Assembly: GCA_001179505.1 (NCBI GenBank)
Contig: CDMY01000531.1
Span: 248,001 to 312,000, forward strand
Direction of reading: 5' to 3'
Length of the DNA: 64,000 nt
Source: Vitrella brassicaformis CCMP3155
Lineage: Eukaryota > Protista > Chromerida
Below the pieces are notes generated by a model. That model saw only the letters and a program-made list of their open reading frames with translations, had not been told where the DNA came from and made no database searches. Positions 48,115-59,014 of this stretch are shown here, one piece after another. How positions within the stretch are numbered: position 1 is the first letter of the stretch; every line of letters starts with the position of its first letter. The position numbers were made by a program, and so were the translations under genes.

Positions 48115-49723
48115 CGGCCGTTGCAATGCACGTCCAATGTCTCGCCGCGCTTGGGCAGTGAGTGCGTCGACGCGACGCCTTCTCCGTCTCATTCAGGGCA
48201 TTTCGCAGAGGTCGTGTGGGCGGAGAGCGTCTGCATTCGTTATTATCCGTTCGGTCGCCGCGAGAAGAGTTCGCGTTTCTCGACGAAAGGAGACGGGAGA
48301 CGGGAGACGGACCTTCTTTGAGAAGTTATTGATTTCTCAGACAGCGCCTCTCATTTGACATTCGTTCAATCCTCCTGCGCATCGCCCTCAGCTCGCAGCA
48401 AACGGCTGACCGTTGAGGAGTGAGAGAGAGCAAACAGCAGCGACATGCTGTCAGCGTCCTTCGCCTATGTATGTCTACAGCACAGCAGCAGCAGCGCGAC
48501 AGCAAGAGCCCGTCGGCACGGATCAGGTTCAGCCGTCCCCTGGCCAGCCGTGCCATTTCACGACAGCGACACCAACAGCACACCAAGACCGTGACCCACC
48601 CCGTCGGCACGGATCACCGGCAGACCTCCCCTGCCCAGCCGTGCCACAAACAAGACCACCGCCAGTGCCACCACACACACCAACGGCGGCCAAGACGACT
48701 GGGCTTCGTCTGCTGACCACCGCGGCAGAGTGCCTTGCGGGAGAGGGCCGTAGAGACCGTGGCTGAGGAGCCGGATGAGGTGTGCGCCGACGTGGGCGAG
48801 GAGGAGCCGAGCATCCTCCCCCTGCCGCACCTCAGCAACACGGCCGCCACACGCCTCCCCGACCACCGCGGCGCCAGCGAGGCCGGCAGCAGTTTAGACG
48901 CCGCGGGAGCACCAAGCCCGTCAGCAAAGAGGGAGGGAGAGGGTGAGGGTGAGTGGGAGGAGGGCGATGAGTGGCTGGCCGACTTGGGCGAGGAGGAGAC
49001 CCCCATCAGCCACCCTCTGTGCAGCAGCAGCACTCTTAGCATCGCCACTCGGGACGGAGCGGGCTCTACGGCCGATGATAGCAAATCGCAGCAAGGTAAG
49101 TGACGGACTGTCTGGTCAGTCAGTCAGTGTGATTGGTTGATGGTCATGAGTGAAACTGTCGTATGTGTGTTGGCTCTGCGCTGCGTTCCGTTGCTCTCTC
49201 TATGTGCAGGTCTGTCAGTGGCCGAGCCGTGTGACGAAGGACCCCCTCCCGCCCCTATCCTCGCACCTGCACCACCCGCCATCCTGCGCCTGAAGAGCGG
49301 TGCCGAAGTAGAGCTCCGAGTCAAGCTCGGCGAGGGCACTCGCGGCAAGGTGATGGCCGGCGTGGTCAACGAGCGATGGATGGCCTTCAAGATGGCCATC
49401 AGGGGGGCGGGCAGCCGGACCATCTGCGAGGAGATGGAGGCCGAGAGGGCCACGATGGAGAGGCTGCAGCAGCGGAAGAGGGAGAGGGGCGAGATGGGCC
49501 TGTTTCTCGACATCTACGTCTACGCGGGTCCCTCGGACGGCGCCACGTTCCGCGCCAGCCCCTCTGAGCCGCCGCAGGAGGTGGCAGCACCATGGACGAC
49601 GCTGACTACGACGAGTGTGGCCTCATCGGCCATCGCTGTCTACGTTTTATATTCCGTAGTCCTTTTGATTCATGTCTCGCGTCGATGTGTCGGCTAGTTC
49701 GCAGCGTGGGAGTGACCTACGGG
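48115..49723 (+). repeat. Duplicated cassette, short copy
   Basis: About 48115-49233 matches about 50190-51313, and 49579-49723 matches 55005-55149. Confidence 0.9.
48729..49697 (+). pseudogene. Truncated protein kinase (N-lobe only) inside the short cassette
   Basis: Exon after 49210 reads VKLGEGTRGKVMAGVV...WMAFKMA...EEMEAERATME (Gly loop, beta3 Lys, helix C Glu), then jumps to the shared 3' module with no HRD/DFG. 5' exon structure unresolved. Confidence 0.55.
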
Positions 49724-50811
49724 AGGGAAAATAATTGCTTGATCAATCGCCCACCCATGTGAGGACCAGCGGCACGAACGTGTAGCCCTTCTGCCGACAG
49801 TTGGCACCGTACTTGCGGTCCTTGTCCCGTTCTACACAAAATACAAAGATAGACAATGACGAGTGCACTTCTGACCCTCTCCCTCCCTGTCTCTCCGTTG
49901 TGTTGTGTTCGCTGCTCACCGAAGTCCCACTGGCTTTGGTTCTTCCGCCATTTGCAGCGATTCCCAGCGGACAGATGTGCACACACACAAATGACACACG
50001 GGCGCCCATAGCCACGGCAGGACGCTGCAGTGCTCTGCATCGACAGATCTATCTGGCCAGTCTTGCAGTGATCGAGCCATCGCAGCACACCATGCGTCTG
50101 AGTGCCGTCATGTCGGCCGGGGAGGGTGGTCAGAGGCGACAGCACACCCAGTAGGTCACCCTCTGCACAGCATGCAGTCCTTGATGCCGGCCGGCCGTTG
50201 CAATGCAGGTCCACAGCCTCGCCGCGTTTCGGCAGTGAGTGCGTCGACGCGACACCTTCTCCGTCTCATTCAGGGCATTTCGCAGAGGTCGTGTGGGCGG
50301 AGAGCGTCTGCATTCGTTATCATCCGTTCGGTCTCTGCGAGAAAAGTTCGCGTTTCTCGACGAAAGGAGACGGGAGACGGGAGACGGACCTTCTTTGAGA
50401 AGTTATTGATTTCTCAGACAGCGCCTCTCATTTGGCATTCGTTCAATCCTCCTGCGCATCGCCCTCAGCTCGCAGCAAACGGCTGACCGTTGAGGAGTGA
50501 GAGAGAGCAAACAGCAGCGACATACTGTCAGCGTCCTTCGCCTATGTATGTCTACAGCACAGCAGCAGCAGCGCGACAGCAAGAGCCTGTCGGCACGGAT
50601 CAGGTTCAGCCGTCCCCTGGCCAGCCGTGCCATTTCACGACAGCGACACCAGCAGCACACCAAGACCGTGACCCACACCGTCGGCACGGATCACCGGTAG
50701 ACCTCCCCTGCCCAGCCGTGCCACAAACAAGACCAAGACCACCGCCAGTGCCACCACACACACCAACGGCGGCCAAGACGACTGGGCTTCGTCTGCTGAC
50801 CACCGCGGCAG

Positions 50812-52281
50812 AGTGCCTTGCGGGAGAGGGCCGTAGAGATGCCGGTGGCTGAGGAGCCGGATGAGGTGTGCGCCGACGTGAGCGGGGAGGAGCCGACCAT
50901 CCTCCCCTCCCGCACCTCAACACGGCCGCCACACGCCTCCCCTACAACCACCGCGGCGCCAGCGACGGCGGCAGCAGCCGAGAGGCCGCGGGAGCACCAA
51001 GCCCGCCAGTAAAGAGGGAGGGAGAGGGTGAGGGTGAGTGGGAGGAGGGCGATGAGTGGCTGGCCGACGTGGGCGAAGAGGAGACTCCAATCAGCCACCC
51101 TCTGTGCAGCAGCAGCACGTTTAGCATCGCCACGCGGGACGTAGCGGGCTCTACGCCCAATGATAGCAAATCGCAGCAAGGTAAGTAACTGACGGACTGG
51201 TCAGTCAGTGTGATGGGTTGTGGTCATGAGTGAAACTGTCGTATGTGTGTTGGCTCTGCGCTGCGTTCCGTTGCTCTCTCTGTGTGCAGGTGAGTCAGTG
51301 GGCGAGCCGTGTGTCGGATCCAATACAACGGACGAGCCGCGGGGCGTGTGCAGCCCGTCTCCGTCGCCCGGGTCACCGATGTCTGTGCCCTGTGGGTCCG
51401 CCCCGTCCTCGCCAACGGCCACCCCTCCTCCACTGGCGTTCGTCCTCACCGAGAGCGTCACGTTTGTGGCCGAGAAACGACTGACCGGCGGGAGGGGCCA
51501 CTGCGAGGTCCTGGAGGGGCGACTGCACGTCACCGAGGGCGGCGTCACCACCACACGACACGCCGTCATCATGAAGTCGGCCGCCAGAGGGGACCCACAG
51601 CGCCGCGACAACCAGAGGACCGCCGAACACTACGACAGGCGGTGTGACGAGTATAAGCGGGGGGCCAACATGGAGGCGGAGGGGCAGTGGGCTGAGTACA
51701 TCAACTCTTTCGCCACGGCCGCCCAGCGACAAGAACACCAGCACCAGTACAATCGCTTCCCCGAGACCCACACCGGGACGGCCCACATCGTACCACAGGT
51801 GCACATCCGCAGCAACAGGCAGCCCGAAGAGCCGCAGACAGAGGGGCAGGGCCACTTCGGCGACCACTACGCCGTATTTGACAAAGTCGGCAACGGTACG
51901 CACCCTCCCACTCACTCGCCGACAGAGAGACAGATAGACAGACACTACACAAAGAGGGACAGATGTTTGTGTCGCGTCATTTCTCTGTCTCAATCTGTAT
52001 CCGTATGTCTGTCTGTCTGTCTGTCTGTCTGTGTGCAGGCAAGGAGCTCGAGGACGTGATTTTCGACTCGACGTGTGGCAGCGACGACTACGGTGCCGTG
52101 GTGGGGGTCAACGTGCTGCTGTGCATGCTTGGGCTGCACGCCCTGGGCGTGACGCACAACGACTACCACTACGGCAACCTGCTGGTGGCGGACGAGGCCA
52201 CCGGCGGGCTCAAGGTCATCGACCTGGAGAGCCTGCGCAAGGTCGTGTGGGCCCGACACCCCACAGCAAAATGCAGAGAGG
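50812..52281 (+). CDS. Atypical (APH/RIO/haspin-like loop) kinase-like protein, paralog 1, truncated by gap
   Basis: GGRGHCEVLEG...AVIMKS...EAEGQW...|GKELEDV...LHALGVTHNDYHYGNLLVADEATGGLKVIDLESL: an HxDxHxxN catalytic loop and a DLE metal-binding motif. Confidence 0.6.
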
Positions 52282-52581
52282 NNNNNNNNNNNNNNNNNNN
52301 NNNNNNNNNNNNNNNNNNNNNNNNNNNNNNNNNNNNNNNNNNNNNNNNNNNNNNNNNNNNNNNNNNNNNNNNNNNNNNNNNNNNNNNNNNNNNNNNNNNN
52401 NNNNNNNNNNNNNNNNNNNNNNNNNNNNNNNNNNNNNNNNNNNNNNNNNNNNNNNNNNNNNNNNNNNNNNNNNNNNNNNNNNNNNNNNNNNNNNNNNNNN
52501 NNNNNNNNNNNNNNNNNNNNNNNNNNNNNNNNNNNNNNNNNNNNNNNNNNNNNNNNNNNNNNNNNNNNNNNNNNNNNNNNN
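52282..52581. other. Scaffold gap (300 N)
   Basis: Direct count. Confidence 1.
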
Positions 52582-53214
52582 GCGGGAGGGGCCACTGCGA
52601 GATCCTGGAGGGGCGACTGCACGTCACCGAGGGCGGCGTCACCACCACACGCCACGCTGTCATCATGAAGTCGGCCGCCAGAGGGGACCCGCAGCGCCGC
52701 GACAGCGAGAGGACCGCCGAGCACCTCGACAGGCAGTGGAACGAGTCGCTGCGGGGGGTCAACATGGAGGCCGAGGGGCAGTGGGCCTACTACATCAACT
52801 CGTTCGCCACGGCCGCCCAGGGACAAGACCACCAGCACCAGTACAATCGCCTCCCCGAGACCCACACCGGGACGGCCCACATCGTACCACAGGTGCACAT
52901 CCGCAGCAACAGGCAGCCCGAAGAGCCGCAGACAGAGGGGCAGGGCCACTTCGGCGACCACTACGCCGTATTTGACAAAGTCGGCAACGGTACGCACCCT
53001 CCCACTCACTCACTCGCCGACAGACAGACAGACAGACAGACAGACAGAGAGACACCACACAAATCGAGACAGATCTTTGTATTGTGTCATTCATTTTTCT
53101 GTCTCCATCAATGTGTATCCGTCTGTCTGTCTGTCTGTCTGTATGTGTGCAGGCAAGGAGCTCGAGGACGTGATTTTCGACTCGACGTGTGGCAGCGACG
53201 ACTATCGTGCCGTG
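52582..53214 (+). repeat. Partial kinase-like copy apparently identical to about 53627-54259; possible assembly redundancy
   Basis: Exon, intron and even the GACA microsatellite match the downstream copy, and the segment is bounded by gaps on both sides. Confidence 0.8.
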
Positions 53215-53514
53215 NNNNNNNNNNNNNNNNNNNNNNNNNNNNNNNNNNNNNNNNNNNNNNNNNNNNNNNNNNNNNNNNNNNNNNNNNNNNNNNNNNNNNN
53301 NNNNNNNNNNNNNNNNNNNNNNNNNNNNNNNNNNNNNNNNNNNNNNNNNNNNNNNNNNNNNNNNNNNNNNNNNNNNNNNNNNNNNNNNNNNNNNNNNNNN
53401 NNNNNNNNNNNNNNNNNNNNNNNNNNNNNNNNNNNNNNNNNNNNNNNNNNNNNNNNNNNNNNNNNNNNNNNNNNNNNNNNNNNNNNNNNNNNNNNNNNNN
53501 NNNNNNNNNNNNNN
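53215..53514. other. Scaffold gap (300 N)
   Basis: Direct count. Confidence 1.
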
Positions 53515-54940
53515 CCGATGTCTGTGCCCTGTGGGTCCGCCCCGTCGTCGCCAACGGCCACCTCTCCTCCACTGGCGTTCGTCCTCACCGACAGCGTCAC
53601 GTTTGTGGCCGAGAAGCGGCTGACGGGCGGGAGGGGCCACTGCGAGATCCTGGAGGGGCGACTGCACGTCACCGAGGGCGGCGTCACCACCACACGCCAC
53701 GCTGTCATCATGAAGTCGGCCGCCAGAGGGGACCCGCAGCGCCGCGACAGCGAGAGGACCGCCGAGCACCTCGACAGGCAGTGGAACGAGTCGCTGCGGG
53801 GGGTCAACATGGAGGCCGAGGGGCAGTGGGCCTACTACATCAACTCGTTCGCCACGGCCGCCCAGGGACAAGACCACCAGCACCAGTACAATCGCCTCCC
53901 CGAGACCCACACCGGGACGGCCCACATCGTACCACAGGTGCACATCCGCAGCAACAGGCAGCCCGAAGAGCCGCAGACAGAGGGGCAGGGCCACTTCGGC
54001 GACCACTACGCCGTATTTGACAAAGTCGGCAACGGTACGCACCCTCCCACTCACTCACTCGCCGACAGACAGACAGACAGACAGACAGACAGAGAGACAC
54101 CACACAAATCGAGACAGATCTTTGTATTGTGTCATTCATTTTTCTGTCTCCATCAATGTGTATCCGTCTGTCTGTCTGTCTGTCTGTATGTGTGCAGGCA
54201 AGGAGCTCGAGGACGTGATTTTCGACTCGACGTGTGGCAGCGACGACTATCGTGCCGTGGTGGGGGTCAACGCGCTGCTGTGCATGCTTGAGCTGCACGC
54301 CCTGGGCGTGACGCACAACGACTACCACTACGGCAACCTGCTGGTGGCGGACGAGGCCACTGGCGAGCTCAAGGTCACCGACCTGGAGAGCCTGCGCAAG
54401 GTCCTGCGGGCCCGACACCCCACAGCCCCCTGCAGAGAGGACGGCACGCCCGGCCCCCAGCCACCCACCGGCCTCCCTCCCCTGCAAAGCCACCCGGCCC
54501 CGCTGCACCTGTCGCTGCACCATCTGCAGACGTGGGCGAGGGGCGACTACGGCTATGACATCAAGGAGGTCAACGACTACACCCCCGCCACATTCGCCGT
54601 GTTGCTCCTCTCCTTCGACGGCCCCACCGCCGGGCACCTCCGCCACTTCGCCACCGACAAGCTTAGGGCCGTGCTGCACCACTTCAGTCACCTCGCCGAG
54701 GCGGACCTGGGCGACGAGGCCGCCAGACGCGCCGTGGGCATGTACCAGAGGGCCGTGGCGGACATCAGGCAGGAGGCCCGGCGGCTGTCAACCACCGAGC
54801 GGCAGGAGCGCGCCGTGGCGCTGGGCCGAGTGCTGCAGCAGCGACGACAAGGGCCGGCCACCAAAGCCCTCGGTGCTCAAGCAGCTGGTGCGCCAGTACT
54901 GCGACGAGACCATCGCCGACGTGTGTGCGAGTGTGAGGGT
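53515..54940 (+). CDS. Atypical kinase-like protein, paralog 2 (5' end lost in gap)
   Basis: Same architecture with HNDYHYGN and VTDLESL, plus a helical tail (KLRAVLHHFSHLAEADLGDEAARRAVGMYQRAVADIR). 3' end uncertain. Confidence 0.6.
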
Positions 54941-55358
54941 GGAGGCCTACCTCTCTCTCTCACTCTCTGGACGATGTGGCAGAGAGGACGGCACACCCGG
55001 CCCCAGGTGGCAGCACCATGGACGACGCTGACTACGAGAAGTGTGGCCTCACCGGCACATCGCTGCCTACGTTTTATATTCCGTAGTCCTTTTGATTCAT
55101 GTCTCGCGTCGACGTGTCGGCTAATTCGCAGCGGGGAGTGACCTACGGGCAAATTAATGCTTGCTTGCTCGTGAAGACACACACATGTTCTTCACAGTGC
55201 ACAAGAGAGAGAAGTCAACCGTCCGGCAGCTTGTCCATTCATCCATCCGTCCATCCAGTTATCCACTCAAGAACGTGCCATGCATTCCCTCTAAAAACAC
55301 GACGCCCACCCCACCCACACCCTTTACGGCTCTCCCCTCGTCGCATCAGCGATCAATG

Positions 55359-55620
55359 TCACGTCATCTGCCGTGAGTTGGTCCTGCCCATCGGCAGGTG
55401 GACGGATGGCGGCAGCGTCGAGGGATCGATCTGCAGCTTCTCCATCTCGTCCTGCAGGCACGCCATCGGCACACACGCCATGCACTCCTCTCTCTGTCCC
55501 CTGCTGTGTCTGTCCGTGTGTAGAGGGGTACCCACCTTGTCGAATGCGAGCAGTGTGGCGAGCACCGGCAGGAGGGCCTTCTGCCGGCTGTCGGTGAACC
55601 GGCTGCGGCTGCCGTACTCG
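55359..55620 (-). pseudogene. Orphan two-exon 3' gene fragment
   Basis: YGSRSRFTDSRQKALLPVLATLLAFDK|DEMEKLQIDP...RQMT* with a clean GT-AG intron but no in-frame start; it abuts a divergent gene. Confidence 0.35.
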
Positions 55621-55719
55621 GCGCATCAGACAGAGAAGTACATGAAGCAAACTTGCCAGCCACGGTGGGCTGTCTGCGATGAATATCTACGCAATCTCAG
55701 ACGCCAGCTGAGGCGAACA

Positions 55720-57555
55720 ATGATGGCACGTGAAGCTGCTGCGCAGACAGCAGCAGCAAAAGCCCCCAGTGACAAACGAGGTAGGATCGATGCGAGCTCT
55801 TGCATGCAAAGTATTGTGTGCTGGTTTTCGGCATGAATGCGCCGCCAGACTACTTGGCTACGCTGATAGGCGATGCCCAGCTTCCGGGTGTGGATGGCCA
55901 CTTGCATACCTTCGTTTCAGCCGACGACGTGCAGCGCCTCGTTGCTGTCTGCAAGCACCGGAACGAGCTCCTCAGCAATGCCTATGTGAGGACGCGCATC
56001 ACCAACTTCATCCAAACCAACAACCTCGACAACATTGTGCAGTTTCAGGTCTGCAGTACACGTGGCAGGCTGCTACTTAATGACAAAAAGGCCGACGGGG
56101 GGGCGTGTGGTGCGTTCTTCGTGTGTGTTCAGGAGCCCAGCGTGTCGGCATCAACTCGTCGCATCAACGGTGAGAGTCGCAAGAGGTCCAAGCTGCTCAT
56201 GATACTGTACCTGCTCGAGAACGGCGGCCGGTTCGCGGGCTGGGAGGGCGTGTTGGTCTACGCCAAGACGTGTGGCCGCCTCAAGACGCTGCCCATCCCC
56301 ATCGGAGATGCTGTGTGCAGCATCAAGAAGGCCGTCTTCGACAGCCGTGCCGAGAGCATCCGCGACTGGATGATCATCAGTCAGCAGTTCCAGGGCAAGA
56401 GGGAGGTGACGCTGTCGCGCAGCAAGTGCGGCCTGCCGGGGGCCGAGAAGTACTATCGGGAGATGATGGGCAAGCAGTGCATGTCGGTGTTCGGGCATGC
56501 CATTCTGTACGACCCTGCTGGGCACGCGAGGCCCGATGCCATTCTGTACGACCAGGCAAGGAGAGGGAGGGGAGGGGAGGGGTCGATCCGACCAACCTCT
56601 ATCTGTCTAATGCGCGCTGTCATGTGCTGTGCTGTCCTGTATCTCGCCATGCAGGTGCACGGGGGGCATGAGATGGGAGTGGCTGAGCTGGAGGAACTAT
56701 ATGATGAAGCGGCTTATCAGGAGGGTAACTACCCGTTAGTCCCCCATCCGTTCGCGGACTTTGACCTGGCCGACCCGCCCATCGCACGTACGTCTGCACG
56801 CACATCGGTGGCTGGCATAAGCGAGTGACGACACCTGTACTACTTGTGATGTATCTGTTGTGTGGTGCATGGATGCGTGCAGTCAATGGCGACACATATC
56901 GCAGCATTCGCGATGCCGTAGTCAAGTGGTAGGCCGACTCTGGGGCTGACTAATGTGCTGCTGAGTGAGCTGACTTGTACCTGCGTGGTTGTGTGTGTGT
57001 GTGTGTGTGTGTCGGTGCAGTTTGCAGGGTAAGTTGTTGGCGCATGAGGTGAATGGTGTGGGCCACCTGGGCGTACCCGGGAGCCCGAGGCTCCTCCGCA
57101 CCGTGCAACTCTGCAGCCAGGTGTGGTGCACAGATCTGCATGCTCACACATACTTGCACACATGTCATGTTTGTCTGCAGAGTCCCGATGAAGCCCTCTG
57201 GGGCCGCACGAGGGTGATGTCGACGATGGGTGATGACGTGACGTTCCGCACCATCACGCTGAGCGGCGACCAACCCGGGGACCCCTTCATCTGCTACCTC
57301 GAAGTCGTCGACTTGACAAAGGCACCTAACCCTGGAGACCGCGGCACCATAGCCTGTCGTAAGCAAGCAAACAGGGAAGCAACGGCGCTCGCTTCAGACG
57401 GCGACTTGGTTGATTATTTCTTTCATTCAGTGTACACGACGGAGGCCCAGCAGGCTGACGATGAGCAGCCTGCCGAAGTGAAGTTCCCCCTGACCATCCA
57501 GCTGGTTCGCAACACACTCGGCCAGCACGACGCTCACTTACTGCTCAACCTGTGA
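55720..57555 (+). CDS. Hypothetical protein of a lineage-expanded chromerid-type family, multi-exon
   Basis: MMAREAAAQ...KR|DYLATLIGD...QFQ|EPSV...LLMILYLLENGG...|VHGGHEMG...HPFADFDLADPPIA|LNGDTYRSIRDAVVK|CLQGK...|SPDEALWG...LLLNL*. In-frame splices found; the gene could instead end at 56932. Confidence 0.55.
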
Positions 57556-57822
57556 ATAGCTGACCCTCCCACCCATCTGATATCTGATGCGATCTGCGTG
57601 GAGTGTGCGTGCTGTGAGTGAATGGATGGATGGACGGACTGTGGTGGGCGGACGGCACTTCTGACATCATGTGAAAGAGATAAGGTGTCAGTATTATTCT
57701 GGGCGGAATAGACACACACCCACGCGCACACACACACACACACAGATGGCGCACATACAGGAGTTATCCAAATAGAGGCCATAGCAAATATCAGGTCGTT
57801 TCGACCACCCGCCCACACACTA

Positions 57823-57873
57823 ATTGACCTGAATAAACCTATTGACCTGAATAAATATATTGACCTGAGTAAA
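57823..57873. repeat. Three tandem copies of ATTGACCTGARTAAA, 18-bp period
   Basis: Copies start at 57823, 57841 and 57859. Confidence 0.9.
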
Positions 57874-57994
57874 ACCTCACCAGAAGACCACACACGTACG
57901 CACACACGCACACACATATATACACACCGATATCGACACGCACCCCTCCGTCCCGTTATACACACAAAGGTGCACACTGTACAGCCGCATCATC

Positions 57995-58407
57995 TCACAA
58001 TGGGTTGCCCAGGAGCCCCTCGTACTGCAGGGGCACCAGCACGCCGGGCAACACCTTGACAAACACCCGATTGAGCTGTACGGGCCTGTTGTCCTTGTCC
58101 ACACCCACGATCTTGCTCTCATCGATCAGCATGTTCATCGGCGGTGGGTTGTCAAACGGGTATTTCTGCACCAAAACAGCAGAGACCACACAATGCCATC
58201 CATCCACCTATGCCGTCTCTGTCTCTCTCCATTGCCTGCCCACTTGTCTGCCCAGCAGTGAGACTTCGTCCGGGCAGTCGGTCTTTGAAATGGAGTAGTC
58301 GTATATGTACGCCTCGCAGTCGTCGAGCTGCGCCTTCTCGTCGGGCAGCCGGCCGATGTACGCCTTGGCGGGGAAGAAGGTGATCTGGCTTTGGGCCAAC
58401 TGCAGAA

Positions 58408-58438
<31 letters not shown>

Positions 58439-58946
58439 GGGAGAGAGAGAGAGAGAGAGAGAGAGGGTGGCCGCACACACACACGTACATTAGACCATCT
58501 GTCGTGTGTGTGTCCATGGTGGCAGCTCACCTTGGCCCCGTCAAGAGGGTTCATCAGAGAGAAGAAGAAGTAGAAGTCCTCCCCCTTGCACCTGGTCTTC
58601 TGCATGAAGGACCCTTCCCAGGCCAGCCCAAACAGCTCCCTGTACAAGTCGCCAGCCAATGACGGGAGCACCGAATAGATGACCTCTCCGTAGGCCGGGC
58701 CGAGCAGAAAGTCGTCGTCGATGCAGCCTGCATGGCATGAATGTGCCAGCCCCCTCTCAACAAACACACAGAGATGCGTCGTGCTGTTCGTGTACGCTTG
58801 CCTTTCAAGTAGATGGCGTCCAGCTCCTCTTTGGTCCGATTTCTCAGCTCCGACAAGGTGCTGACGGGGTGGTCGTCTTTGTCCAGGCATCCGCAGTGAG
58901 CCAGCGGCACGCAAAGCGCCAGCAGACACGCAAAACCGCGCATCAT
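57995..58946 (-). CDS. Secreted Cys-containing hypothetical protein A (paralog of 61262-62122), 4 exons
   Basis: Signal peptide MMRGFACLLALCVPLAHC, then GCLDKDDHP...GPAYGEVI...LFGLAWEGSFMQKTRCKGEDF...YIYDYSISKTDCPDEVS...QKYPFDNPPP. Confidence 0.8.
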
Positions 58947-59014
58947 CTGATCGGCTTCCGGCTTGTACGCCGTGGAAGCCGACCGTTAGGCAAACCCTTC
59001 CAGCTGCGGCGGCG

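Larger units (their letters stand above)
50190..55149 (+). repeat. Duplicated cassette, long copy, containing internal tandem kinase-like repeats and two gaps
   Basis: Shares its 5' and 3' modules with 48115-49723. Confidence 0.85.

Noticed and set aside
48115-55149. Helitron or TIR transposon interpretation of the cassettes
   Set aside because: No terminal inverted repeats or TSDs are visible, homology runs about 25-30 bp past the candidate CTAG/CTAA, and no transposase or helicase is present.
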